Positions 9,672 through 22,739 of a stretch of DNA of 64,000 bases are shown one piece after another. Positions within the stretch are counted from its first letter, which is position 1. The number at the start of each line of letters is the position of its first letter. The notes under the pieces were generated by a model, which was not told the origin of the DNA, ran no database searches, and saw nothing but the letters and a program-made list of their open reading frames with translations. A program made the position numbers and the translations under genes. Source of the stretch: Cetorhinus maximus (taxonomy: Eukaryota); assembly GCF_964194155.1 (NCBI RefSeq), contig NC_135892.1:50592001-50656000 (forward strand), written 5' to 3'.

Positions 9672-12600
9672 TTTAAAAAATTCACAGGATGTAGGCGTCA
9701 CTGGTAAACCAGCATTGATTCCCCTTCCCACTCCCTTTGGCTTTTCACCACAAAACCATTGGTCATTTGATTTCTCCTGATTTCCACCCTATCACAAACA
9801 TTTCCTTTTGTCATTTTTCCCACTCATTCCCCCCATTTTCACCTGCTTAAAACCTATTGATGATAAGGTCACAGACTGAAGCACTAACTGTTTCTCCCCC
9901 TACAGATGCTGCCAGACATGCTGAGCATTTCTTGTTTTTCATTCCCCAACGGTATTGCCCTCAAAAAGATGGTGTTGTGCTGCTTTCTTGAACATTTGCC
10001 ACCCGTGTAGTGAAAATATTCCTACAGTGCTGTTAGGTATGGAGTTCCTGGGTTTTGATCTGGCAATGGTGATGGAATGGCAATATATTTCAAAGCCTGG
10101 AATATGTGTTTGTTGGAGGTGATGGCCCATGTGATTGCTGTCCTTCTAGGTGCTGGAGGTCACATGCTTGGGAGGTGCTGACATAAAAGCTTGTTATAGT
10201 GCACGTTAGAGATGGTACACACTGCAACCATGCTGCGTTGGTGGTAGAGAGAATAAATGTTTAAGGTAGTGGATGAAGTATCAATCAAGTAGCAAGCTTT
10301 GTGGATGGTGTAAAGAGCTGGGAGAGCAAGGAGACTTCATTTAAAAAAAAGAGCGGGGAGAGCGAGACTTCATTTTTTAAAAAGAGCAGGGAGAGTTCAT
10401 GTGAGACCAGCGTTGGAGTGACGTCACGAACTACAACGCGAAGAGAGTGCAGGGAAAGCAGCTGATTGATGAGTAGGATTGGTGAGTATTTCTAGTCTTT
10501 AAAATTAAAGTAAGGTCTTTAGTTTGTGCTGAGGTCTCTTGTCTATATTTCTCTCTTTTTCTTAAAAATAGCTTGTTAAGTATAAGGTCGATACTGGTGT
10601 AAAAAAATTAATTACAATAAAGTATAAAGAGCAGTGGATTCTTCAAGTGTAAAGAGCAGGGATACTAGAGTAATTAATTAATATAATACGATAGTGATGG
10701 CAGGATGGGTGATGTGTTGCTGCTGCAGCATATGGGAGCTGCTGGACACCAAGGTGATCCAGATCGAACAAATCTGTAATAAAGGTTTGCAGCTCGAGGA
10801 ACTTCGGATTCGAGTTGGAGCTGGAGTCTGAGCTGCTGACTTTGCGTAATATCATGGAGGGGGAAAGTTACCTGGACACTTTGCTCCAGGAGGTGGTCAC
10901 ACCCCTCAGATTGGGTAATTCAAATTTGGTCTATGGTCAGGGACAAGAGGATGTGACTGCAGCTGAGGCAGGTATGGGGACCCAAGGGGTAGCAATCAAG
11001 GAGCCTTGGCCCCTGCAACTGTCCAACAGTTACAAGGTTCTTGCAAGCTGTGTGGATGAGAGCAGGACCGCAGGGAGGATGAGCGAACTGACCACGGCAC
11101 TGTGTTACAGGGAGCCATTCAACTAGGGGGGAGGAAATGGGACCACAGTAGTGCTAGGGGACAGTATAATTAGGGGGAAAGATATTGTTCTCTGCAGCCA
11201 TGAGTGAAAGTCCTGAAGGCTGTGTTGCCTGCCTAATGCCAGGGTTAAGGACATCTCCTCAGGGCTGGAGAGGAACTTGGAGTGGGAGGGGAGGGATCCA
11301 GTTGTTGTTGCCCATGTTGGTACCAATGACATTGGTTGACTAGAAAGGAAGTTCTGCTGGAAGAATTTGAGCAGTTAGGAGCTAAATTAAAAAAACAGAA
11401 CCTCCAAGGTAATAATCTTGGGGTTACTACCTGAGCCACGGCCATAGGGTAAATAAAGTCAAGAAGTTAAATGCGTGGCTGAAAGATTGGTGTGGGAGGA
11501 ATGGGTTTCAGTTCATGGGGTACTGGCACCAGTACTAGGGTAGAGGGAGCTGTTCTGGTGGGGTGGGCTTCACTTGAACCGTGCTGGGACCAGTGTTCTG
11601 GCAAATCAAATAACTAGGGCTGTAGAGAGGGCTTTAAACTAAATAGAAGGTGGGGGGGGTGGGGGGGGCCTTGTTCTGGAGAGGGGATATGTAGGCTAAC
11701 AAATCAAAAGATTATGGCAGCCTTGTAGGGCAGCTATTTAGGTAATGATACCCAGAGTGTGACAGGAAGGGACAGAGTGTACAAACATAAAAAAACAGCA
11801 GCAAATAGGGTCAAAGGGGGGAAAAAATGGTAAAAAAGGCAAATTTAATGGTTATTTAAATGCACATAGTATTCTGAACAAAATAAATGAATTAACGGCA
11901 CAAATTGAGATTAATGGGTATGATCTTATAGCCATTACGGAGACGTGGTTACAAGGAGATCAAAGCTGGGAACTAAATATTCACGGGTATGAGACTTTTT
12001 GAAAGGACAGGCAGGAAGGAAAGTGTGGTGGGGTAGCTTTGTTAGTACGAGAGAATAAGTACGATAGCAAGAAATGGTCTTGGATCATAAGATGTAAAAT
12101 TCATATGGGTGGAGGTAAGAAATAACAAGGGGAAGAAGACACTGGCAGGAGTAATCTATAGGCCCCCTAACAGTAGCTATGCTGTAGGACAGAGAATAAA
12201 TCAGAAGATAATGAGGGCGTGTAAAAAAGGCAGTACATTAATCATTGGTGGCTTTAATCTTCATATACATTGGGAAAATCAAATTTGCAGAGGTAGCCAT
12301 GAGCAAGAATTCATAGAATGTATTTGGGACAGTTTCCTAGAACAATATGTTGAGGATCCAACCAGGGATCAGGCTATTTTGGATCTGGTAATGTGCAATG
12401 AGGTAGGTTTAGTAAATGATCTCAGAGTAAAAGGTCCCCTAGGAAACAGTGACCATAACATGGTAGAATTTAGCATTCAGTTTGAGAGTGAGAAACTTGG
12501 GTTGGAAACAACTGTGCTAAACTTAAATAAGGGTAATTACAAAGGAATGAGGGCAGAGTTGGCTGGAGTGGACTGGGTAAGGAGTTTAGCAGAAAACATA

Positions 12601-15470
12601 CTAAAACAAAAATTGCTGCAAAAACTCAGCAGGTATGACAGCATCTGTGGAGAGAAAGAGTTAACGTTTCGAGTCCAGATGACTTGGTTGATGAACAATG
12701 GCAGACATTTAAGAAAATAGCTCATGACTATATCCCAGTGAGGAAAAAGGATTCTTGGAAGGGGATAAGCTCAACCATGGTTAACCAGGGAAGTTGAGGA
12801 TAGTATCAAATTGAAAGAAAAAACATACAATGTGGCAAAGAATAGTAAGGATTGGGAAAGTTTTAAAAACCAACAAAAGATGACCATAAAAATAAAGAGG
12901 AAGAAAATAAACTCCAAGGGTAAACCAACAAGTAATACAAAAATGGACAGTAGGAGCTTCTTTAAATATATAAAAGGAAGAGAGAGGCCAAAGTGAACAT
13001 AGGCCCCATAGAGAATGAGATTGGGGAAATAATAACCAGGAAATGGCAGAGGAGTTGAATAAATACTTCGCATCAGTCTTCACAATAGAAGGCGGTAATA
13101 GTATCCCAAAAATACTAAATAATTAAGGGACAAAAACATGGTGGGGAGGGGGGTGGGGGAATAAATACAATAATTATCACTAGAGAAAAAATACTAGGAA
13201 AACTCATGGGGCTAAAGTCCAATAAGTCCCCTGGACCTGATGGGTTGCACCCTAGGATATTAAAGGAAGTAGCTGCAGATAGTGGGTGCACTGGTAGGAA
13301 TCGTCCAAGAATCCTTAGATTCTGGAAAAATCCCAGAGGACTGGAAAACTGCCAATGTAACACCCTTATTGAAAAAGGGAGGGAGGCAAAAAACAGGTAA
13401 CTATAGGCCAGTTAGCTTAACATCCGTCATTGGGAAAATGTTACAGTCTATTATAAAGGAGGTAATAGCAGAGCATTTAGAAATGCATAAAAAAAATCAA
13501 GCAGAGTCAGCATGTCTTCATGAAGGGTAAATCATGCCTGACAAATTTATTAGAATTCTTGGAGGTGTTAACAAGCAGGATAGATGAAAGGGAATCAGTA
13601 GATATATATTTGGATTTCCAAAAGGCGTTCGATAAGGTTACTTAATAAGAGCCCATGGTGTTGGATAATGTATTAGCATGGATAGAGGACTGGCTAACTA
13701 ATCGAAGACAAAGTGTTGGGGTAAGGGGGGCATTTTCAGGATGGCAACCTGTAACTAGTGGAGTGCCACAGAGATCAGTGCTGGGGCCACAATTATTTAC
13801 AATATATATTAATGACTTGGATTGAGGGAAATGAATGTACTATCGCCAAGTTTGCGGATGACAAAAATAGGTGGGAAGGCAAGTGGTGAGGATAACACAG
13901 TCTACAGAGGGATATAGACAGGTTAAGTGAGTGGGCAAAAATTGGCAGATGGAATATAATGTTGGAAAATGTGAGGTTATGCACTTTGGCAGGAAGAATA
14001 GAGGAGCTGAATATTATTTAAATGGAGAAAGACTGCAGAAAGCTGCAGCACAGAGGGATTTAGGATTCCTCATGCATGAATCACAAAAGCTTGCATAAAG
14101 TTCAGCAGGTAATAGGGGAGACAAATGGAATGCTGGCCTTTATTTCAAAGGGAATGGAGTATAAAAATAGGAAAGTCTTGCTAAAACTATACAAGGCACG
14201 AGTTAGGCTACGCCTAGGATACTGTGAACAGTTTTGGTCTCCTTATCTAAGGAAAGATATACTGGTATTGGAAGCAGTCCAGAGAAGATTCACTGGGTTG
14301 ATCCTGGAGGGATTTTCTTATGAGAGGTTGAGTTGGTTGGGCCTGTACTCATTGGAGTTTAGAAGAATGAGAGGTGACCTTATTGAAACTTATAAGATTC
14401 TTAGGGAATTTTACAGGGTAGATGCTGAGGGGTTGTTTCCCCTTGTGGGAGAGTCTAGGACCAGAGGACATAATTTCAGAGTAAGGGGTCGCCCATTTAA
14501 AACAGAGATGAGGAGGAATTTCTTCTGAGGGTAGTGAAGCTGTGGAATTCTTTACCACAGGAGGGTTGTAGAAGCTGGGTCGTTAAGTATATAAGGCTGA
14601 GATGGACATTTTTAATCAGTAAGGGAATCAAGGATTATGGGAAAAAGGCAGGAAAATGGAGTTGAGGATTATCAGGTCAGCCATGATCTCATTGAATGGT
14701 GGAGCAGACTCGATGGGCCAAATGGCTTACTTCTGCTCCTACGTCTGACGGTCTTATTGAGCTTCTTGAATGTTGTTGGAGCTGCAGTCATCCAGACAAC
14801 ACACTCCTTATTTGTGTTTTGTATGTGGTAGAAAAGCTTTGGGGTGTCAGGTGAATCAGTCACCACAGAATACTCGGCCTCTGACCTTTCTTGTAGCCAC
14901 AGTATTTATGTCGCTGGTTCAGTGAAGCAAACACTACACCCTTGCCTTTTGCACTTATGGGCTAGACTCTGCCATCACTGAGGACCAGAATGTTCCTGGA
15001 ATTTCCTCCTCAGTTAGTAGTACAATTGTCCAGCATTCATGACTAGATCTGACAGGACTGGACATTTGATTGATTCTTTGGTTAATGGAATGCTTCACCT
15101 TCCATAGCATGTTGCCTCCACTGTTAAATGTGTATGCAGTCCTATTTCGTAGTTTCACCAGATTGACACCTCATTTTCAGGTATGCCTGCTGCTCCTGGC
15201 ATACTCTTCTACATGGCTCAGTGGAAATGGTAGTGAGGGGTATGCATATCCAGGTTACAGGCTGTGGTTGAATACAATTCTGCCGTTGGCCCACAGCACC
15301 TCATTGATACCCAGTTTTGAGCTGCTAAACTGTTCTTAATCGGTTTCATTTAGTACTGGTAGTTTCAAACAGCATAAAGGATGGTGTCCTCAGTGTGAAG
15401 ATGGGTCTTTGTTTGTACAAGGTTGCGCAGTACTCCTACCAATGTCATGCATCTCTAACAGGTAGATTTG
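9672..15470 (-). mobile_element. Second-family LINE (CR1/L2 group), 3' part, split by the CR1 at 10312-14757 and a Penelope-type piece at ~9722-9937
   Basis: ggatggtgt|tgagcttcttg is contiguous in intact copies of this family (e.g. reverse of 25680-25730); the family 3' tail is at 9672-9720. Confidence 0.75.
10312..14757 (+). mobile_element. Near full-length CR1 LINE, degenerate (5'UTR, ORF1 zinc finger + SGNH esterase, ORF2 APE endonuclease + RT)
   Basis: ORF1 ~10697-11641 (VVLGDSIIRG, CCLP.ARVKDI, HVGTNDIG). ORF2 from ~11850 (YLNA.SI.NK, ETWL, YRPPN, SDHNMV, PGPDG, NYRPVSLTS, FADD). 3'UTR to 14757. Small Penelope-type insert at ~12596-12682. Confidence 0.95.
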
Positions 15471-17569
15471 TGAGTACTAACTACAAAACTAGGGCAATAA
15501 CTGGGAACTTTATATGACAAGCGGCTCATCTCCAGCACCCCCCCCCACCCCCAACAAAATCTCCTCCTACCACCTAAAAGGCTATGATGGAACATGCATC
15601 ACTTGCCACAGCCACAGCCACAATACTAAAACAGCATCCAGGACAAAACACTACCCAATTGATGCTCCTGCCACTAGAATCAATACCCATTTCCATCTCT
15701 TGTGCAGCTGCAGCATACCACTATAGGATTAACTTGGGTTACTTTAACAGCATCTTGCAGCCCACGACCTCAATCTTCAAGGACAAGACCAGCAATATCA
15801 TGAAAAACAGTATCTCCAAGTTGCATACAATTTCAACTTGAACACAATGCAATTTGTTTGCCATGGATTCATGGTGTAATTTTATCCTTATAAAACACCA
15901 AATCCTCTGAATTGCCTTGGCATGCAAGATTTACTGGTATCTTTTAAAAGTATAGAATCTACGATCGCTTAGCGAATAAATGCATCATGGGATGTGGTAG
16001 AGTGAGCCAGAAGAATCAGAAAGATCTTCTGATTCCTGGTGTGTGGTCTCAGCTAGAGAAGGGGACCGTTAAAATTGGCATTGGTGCGATTGTTTTTTTT
16101 TGGTGGGTGTTGGGGTGGCGAGAGCAGGGAAGTAAACCAGAATGTCTCCTCTCTGCCACGACTGATTTCATGACCAAATAGTAAATCATAAATGATACTA
16201 TGTGGACACACATCAAAAGTGAACACATAGCAGAGATGCTTGTGAAAGAATATCCCTCCATGTCAGAAAGGAACTCTTAATTCTTTGCCTTCTGCAGGTC
16301 AGTTTAGCTCTGAGTCAGCAGATTTGTCTCAAAGTTAAAAAGGCTGTGGGTTTGAATTACTAAACATTGTGGAGATAAAGGTAAGCACCTCTCACATAGC
16401 ATTGAGAGCTAGAACTTTAAGATAATGTCTAGATTAAGCTTGATGTTTAAAATTGTGGAATGACAGCAGAGTTGATATTTTGGAAGATTAAATGGACCAT
16501 AGAACCTTCACCTGAACTTGCAGTGCTAATCAATTTTGACATGGTCAGCTTGCAAAGTCATCTGCACTCTTATAGTAAATCAGATTCAACTTTGTCATGG
16601 CCATCAAATGTTAGCCTTCAGGATTGGTTTTAATCCAGCAGGGATTTTTCATACTTAAAAGTTTATTGCAATATTGTTCAATTGCCATGATGGTATTCTC
16701 AAACCTTTTATCATAAACTCAAACTCCTTTACCTGATCTCCTGAAGGAAAGCGACATTGTCTTTGATCAAGGTAAGCCATTCACCAAACCCTCAAAAAGA
16801 AAAAGGACTAAAAACTTGCATATTGTGAATGCAATTTCCTCCTTTTAACAGACAGCAGAACCTATATTCACAGCTGTTAGTACATTAGTGTTGGAGGAAG
16901 GAGCTTGTAGGTTCAAGCTCCATTCTAGCAACAGAGCATGATACAAGCTGAAAAGCTAGTGCAACACATTCACAGATACTGTCTTTCAAACATGATGTTA
17001 AAATGAGGCCCCATAATGTGGATATTAACTATTCCTTGCTGCTATTTTAAGAGCCGGGAGTTCTCCCAGGGTTTTGGCAAAAATTCCCCTTTCAATCAAG
17101 ATTTAAAAAATTGGTCTATTTCACTACTGTAACAGCAAATGCTGTGTACAAAATAGATCTCATAGTTGGTTACAAATCAGCCACTGCACTTCAAAAGTAA
17201 TTTGTGAACAGCTTTGAAATCAATTCCTGTTTCAAGTCAAAATCCTGAAGGTTTAAATTTCTGGACAAAAATGACCAAGTTTCTGTACTTTAGGTTATTG
17301 TTTGCCTCTTCCTCACCCTTAAGATATGTTAGGGTAATATTTGCTGTGCAAGACCCAAACTGCTGTCATTTTAAAAATATTTCCTAAGCAGCTCAGCGTT
17401 TACTCATTTAATGGGTTTTCATTTTTAATCTAATTATATTTTATATTTCCCAGTTGCATTAAGTTCCTGGTGGAAACAGAATTTACCAGCAGCAAATGCA
17501 CTTCCCTTACCTCAGCCACCTAATACTCTATTAAGTTATTTAGGTATGGTAGTATAGTATGTATGGTAG

Positions 17570-17935
17570 TCAAGTAGTTATGTTACTAGATTAGTAATCC
17601 AAAGACACAAGTTGAAATCTCACCATGGATGCTGGGAAATTTAAATTCAAAAGAAATCTGGAATAAAAAGTAGATATCATTAATGGAGACCACAAAACTA
17701 CTGGATTGTCGTAAAAACCCTAATGCCCTTTAAGAGACGGAATCAACCGGCCTTACTAGTAGATGTCTGGTCTACATGACTCCCTTTAACTGGCCTTACC
17801 AGTAGATGTCTGGTCTACATGACTCCCTTTCTAAAATGGTCATTCAGTTTCAGGAAGGTGGCTCACCACCACCTTTGCAAAGGCAATTAGGGAAATAAAT
17901 GCTGGCTTTAGCAGCGACACCCACTTTCCATGAAT
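17570..17935 (+). mobile_element. SINE sharing its 3' tail with the second LINE family; internal 43-bp duplication
   Basis: tRNA-like head remnant (gttactagattagtaatcc...gaaatctcacca); tail ggcaattaggga..aataaatgctggc identical in type to 30228-30290; duplicated unit at 17749-17830. Confidence 0.6.
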
Positions 17936-19969
17936 ATTACTTTCTCCCTCAAAAGGGTGCTATATTAATGTTGCATGTGTTTCTTCAGCGAGAGTATTTT
18001 TTAAAATTAAAAAAACAACCATTACCCCAATTCCCAACCTTAAAACGAGTCAAAGCATTCCCTTATGAATTATATCAGTTAGCTCCCACTTCTTACTACG
18101 CATCCTCTTTACGCAATCCATTGGATTTCAGTAGCTAATAAACTGCCCTGGTGCCCCAAACAAGCAATGTCTAGATTGAATCATAGCAATTATTCCTCCA
18201 TTGCCCCAAGAGTATGCTTTTCCCCCAACTTACTCTTAAGCTAATTTGGGATCTGGCTGGTGCTTGTTCAATTAGTTTACATTGCAATCATATTCCTTAA
18301 TGTCCTATTCTTTTAGAATTTAACGTATGCTTCTATGATGTTCCCTTCTCAAATTTCACCTCTTACCTTTGATTTCTATGCATCAGGTTCCATCTCCTTA
18401 AATTTGGCAAGGATGCAGAGAGAATCTTTGGTAAAGGGGAACAGTCCCTTTACTTCCAACAGGCCTTGCAAAAAGATATTCCCAGATTGACAAGGTTTCC
18501 AGAAATTATAGGCAGAAATTCATTCATGTAACGCTACTTCTAGCTTGTTCAATATCAAAGAGGAAGAACACTGTGCAAGTAACGCAACGAATCATAACTT
18601 ATCACAACATTGGGAATCTTCTGTTGTTTAAGATTTATTGAAGGATTAAATTATTTAGGGACGGATGAGGCATTGCATTTTATCTTATTCCCTCCCCAAA
18701 TAACTTTAAACAGTATCATAAGTAAATTCACATGTTCAACTACTAACACATAGTCAGCAGTACAATTCAAAAAATTGACCCCCAGAAAGGGTGTGAGATA
18801 TTAAGGAGTTCTTGACAAGGAGTACTTAGGTCTTGACAATAGCAAAAAAAGGTGTAGCCATCAGCATTCACCTGCAATAAAATTACATTAATTTTCTATT
18901 ACAGGGTCTCACTCTTCCCTTCCTAGCTTAGGCCACATGTGCAACTCTCTCTCTCATTATTGTCACAGCTCAGTCTCTTCCAAAACACACTCATTACATT
19001 TCCCTCTTTCCAGACTTTCTTTTTTCAACTTTACCAAGAAATTAAGTGCAGCAGCACAGCCCACAACTCTAGAACCTACCAAGCAAACTGTGGGCATATT
19101 AAAAATTGTGACAGCTCATTCAAGGACAACACAAGTTTCTTTCTCAAATGTTTCACAATACACTGCTCAAGGATCTCACGAGAGAAGTCAGTCAATAATA
19201 AGAGAAACAATTTGAATTTGCATCCAAAATTAAAAACATGCAGTGTATTATTCACGATGAAAATTTGTAGTTTTCCCAAAGGAGAAACCTCTAGTTCACA
19301 GCACTTAAAAAAAAAAAGTGCAATATCATATGTTGGAAATTTGCTTGAATGGGAGGAGTTTTAGAACTCATTGTAGTCTCATTAATGAAGGATGATCAAA
19401 CCAAGGTAACTCGTAAGCTGAAGCTGCAATGGAAGGAGGAAAAGTTGCCGCTATGACATCCATGTATCCAAAGTATCAATCTACAGGGAAACACCACCTG
19501 GATGTGCAAGGTAGGCCTGCTGTTTTTAACATTGAAAAGAAACACATTAGTGATGTGGCTTTAAGACTTGCAGGAGAGTGAATAGTGAGATTCAAGTTAA
19601 AAAAAAGGTTCAGTACAACATATGAACAATGAAAAAAAGCACCTGCAAAGTTGTAAAGTATTTAAAACTGCAACTCACCAATACAAGTAAATAAATGTTA
19701 TATACTGCATGTACCCTGCAACTGCTAGATTTAAAACATGCCTTTCACACTCTTACAGCAGAATATCTGCAGATACACTTTTCCCCCCACAGGATAAATT
19801 CAACCATCATCTGCATGATATAGTTGCTATAGAAATCAGGTGTTTGGGTTTCAGATAATACCGGTGAGAAAAATTGTTGTGAATTAGCTTCATACAATTA
19901 ATACATTTACCATGGTGGTGCTCTGTAAGTCATAGCAGACTTGGAAGGAAAGTTTAGTCCTCACCAATG

Positions 19970-20335
19970 AGAACATAAGATAGGAAAACAAGAAATAGGA
20001 GCAGATGACCTTAACCTACTCCACCATTAAGTATGACCATGGCTGATCTTCAACTTCAAGTCCATTTTTCTGTTTACTCCCCATATCCCTTGATTCCCCT
20101 AGAGACCAAAAATCTGTCTCAATCTTATATATATTCAATGATGATGCATCCACAACCCTCTGGGGTCGGGATTTCCAAAGATTCATGACCCTTTGAATGA
20201 AGAAATTTCTCATCTCAGTCATAAATGACTGGCTCCTTATCCCGAGACTGTGCCCCTTTGCTTTAGATTCCTCAGCCAGCAGAAAGAACATCTCATTATT
20301 CACCCTGTCAAGCCCCTTCATAATTTTGAATGTAC
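19970..20335 (-). mobile_element. CR1 LINE 3' end
   Basis: FKIMKGLDRV...GHSL.IR...MRNFF.QRVMNLW and CR1 3'UTR. Confidence 0.88.
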
Positions 20336-20349
20336 AGAACTTGGATATT

Positions 20350-20915
20350 GCTGAAAAGAGAGACATGTAGCCAAAGCTTTTCATGTTGCATCAGGACAAA
20401 CACAAGAATACCAAATTTCAAAGGATCACAATTTATACTGCAGGAGAAAAGGGATGCTGATTGCTTTCTCCATGACGACACCTCAACCAACGGGGAACAA
20501 TAGGCTCCCCAGGCAATTCAAAAAAGTCACAGAGCTTTTATATATTCCTTTTGTTTGCAGAGAACAGGTCCCTGCATATGAATATATCTCACTGCTAGCA
20601 ATTATAAATGAGCCACATTATGAGCTCAACTGATTACCTTAAATTGCTTGTTAGTGTAGTTATGAATGCACTCAGGATTGGTCAGCAAGTGCTTCCCAAT
20701 CGCAGTATCATATCTAACAGCAGACGTTTTGTTGTGGACTTTTGCAAGCATGGACTAGTTGAGTACAGACTGTACTCTGTCTATTGCGAGCAGCCAGAGG
20801 AACATTATTCAATTTGATCAGCCAATCCTTGGGACATGGAGCCTATGTAACTGGCATTGCACCGGCAATGAAATTCATACACAGCGTTGATCAATTGTGT
20901 GGTAGGCAGATAATC
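20350..20915 (-). mobile_element. Penelope-like element remnant (GIY-YIG endonuclease + terminal repeat)
   Basis: INAVYEFHCRCNASYIGSMSQGLADQI matches the PLE GIY-YIG pattern (VY.F.C.C...YIG.T...L..R). Terminus similar to 53560-53870. Confidence 0.75.
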
Positions 20916-22209
20916 AATCAATAAATCATGACATCTTGCATGCATCACGTGAGACAAAACATTCACGCACACACCAACAAATCTCCATGGCATTGCTCAC
21001 AGCAAGTCAGAGATTCTATAGTTGCTTGGAATGGGGAAAGAAAGAAGTATTTTCCGTATCCACTGCAGGTAGCTAACTAAATATCAGTTATATATAACAT
21101 GGAGGAGCAGTATTTTACTGTCCATCTATTTAGGGTTAATGCTTTTCATAATAAGCCCAAGACACTGTAAAACTTTAATTTGCCTTTTAAAAAAACCATA
21201 TCTGCAAGTGTACTATGCATAACCTTTTAAAAATATTTTAAACTCGAGAATATTTATTCAAAACATTTCTGGTTTGAATAGTGCTTCAGCCCTTTCAGGC
21301 ATGCTTATGAATATTAAGTTCCCACCAAAAACAAATGGCAGCTCCAGTAACTATTTATATTTTTATGATGTATTCAAAAGGTTTCACTTTGAAATTTATC
21401 ATGCATTTGTCACACGTTACAACTCATTGAATTAACAAATTTTATTCCCCCCGGAAAAATTACCTCAAATACTGAAAATTCCATGTATAAAAATTGTTCC
21501 TTTAAGACCTTTAAAATGATTTTTCTCTGATGTTATACTCCAGTATTTTCCGATAAGAAGAGCAGGGCTTAAAAAACAAGTCTTTGTATGCTGTAGTCTT
21601 TGTATGCTGTAGTCATTCTTCATGTCAACCATGCATGATTTTAGAAGTTGTAGGCACGTGTGCAAGCTGGGTTCGTCTTTAGTCAGCTAATCGTGACTGC
21701 TCCGACTTGAATTGACACAGGCTTTAGATAAAAACATTGGACTAATTTCCAACACAAAATGCCATCACAGAGATTGAATTATTTTCTTTCAAGTTTTTCA
21801 AAGAAAGATTTTTGTTGTCTACCTTGAAAACTTCATTGCTACTGTCAACTTGATTTGGTTTTTGAACTTCATTGATGTTGATTTTCATACGTGTTTGCAA
21901 CCTACTAATTATGTTCCCAAGATTTTGTCCATTGTATATGAAATAGTGTCAGCAATCTGTGTATAGTTCAGCACTGTATTACAGGAATATCAGGCAAAGT
22001 TTTTATTTTACTTTCACTAACAGATTTCCCATGCATTGCTTTCACTTACTTCAGTGACATGCTGTTTTAAGGACTGGATGTACAATGTAGGACACAACAG
22101 TATGCTGCTGTGAAGACTGACTTCTGTCCCTTTTAATGCTATGAAGTCAATTAAGTAAATCCAGGCACAGATCAGAATTCAATTGTTAAGCTTTCTATAT
22201 ATAGACAGA

Positions 22210-22735
22210 AGGTATGTGCTAAACAACTCAATCAAAAAATGGTTGCAGCACAGAAGGCAGCCATTCTGCTTGCTGAGTCCATGCCAGCTCTCTGCAACAG
22301 CAACTTGTCCAGTTCCACTCTCCCACACTTTCTCTGTGGCCTTGCAAATTTTTCTCTTCAGATACTTATCCAATTCTATTTTGAAGACCTCGACTGAATC
22401 TGCCTCCGAAACATTTAGTGCAATCCAGATCCTAAATCACATGCTGCATTAAAAAGGATTTTCCTTTGGTTCTTTTGCAATCACTTTAAAATCGGTGTCC
22501 TCTGATTCTTGCTCTGTCTGCCAATGGAAAAAGTTACTCCCTGTCTACTCTATCCAGACCCCTCACGATTTTGAGCACCTCTACCAAATCTCATCTTAAT
22601 CTTCTCTTCTCCAAGAAGAGGAGCCCCAGCTGCTCCTACCTAACTGAAGTTCCTCATCCCTGGACCATTGTCATGAATCTTTTCTGCACCTTCTCTAATG
22701 CCTTCACATCCTTCCTAAAAAGTGTTGCTGCCCAG
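22210..22735 (-). mobile_element. CR1 LINE 3' end
   Basis: MDKYLKRK..., RKDVKALEKVQ motifs and 3'UTR. Confidence 0.85.
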
Positions 22736-22739
22736 AAGT

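Noticed and set aside
12109-14528. Long ORFs as host genes or an active retrotransposon
   Set aside because: Pieces of CR1 ORF2 separated by stops, frameshifts and an insertion; the same holds for ORFs at 27596-28808 and 61152-62384.
15900-22200. Exons of a neighbouring gene such as REL (adjacent to PAPOLG in human)
   Set aside because: I found no Rel-homology or other recognisable peptide; short ORFs look random. Small exons could be missed by eye.
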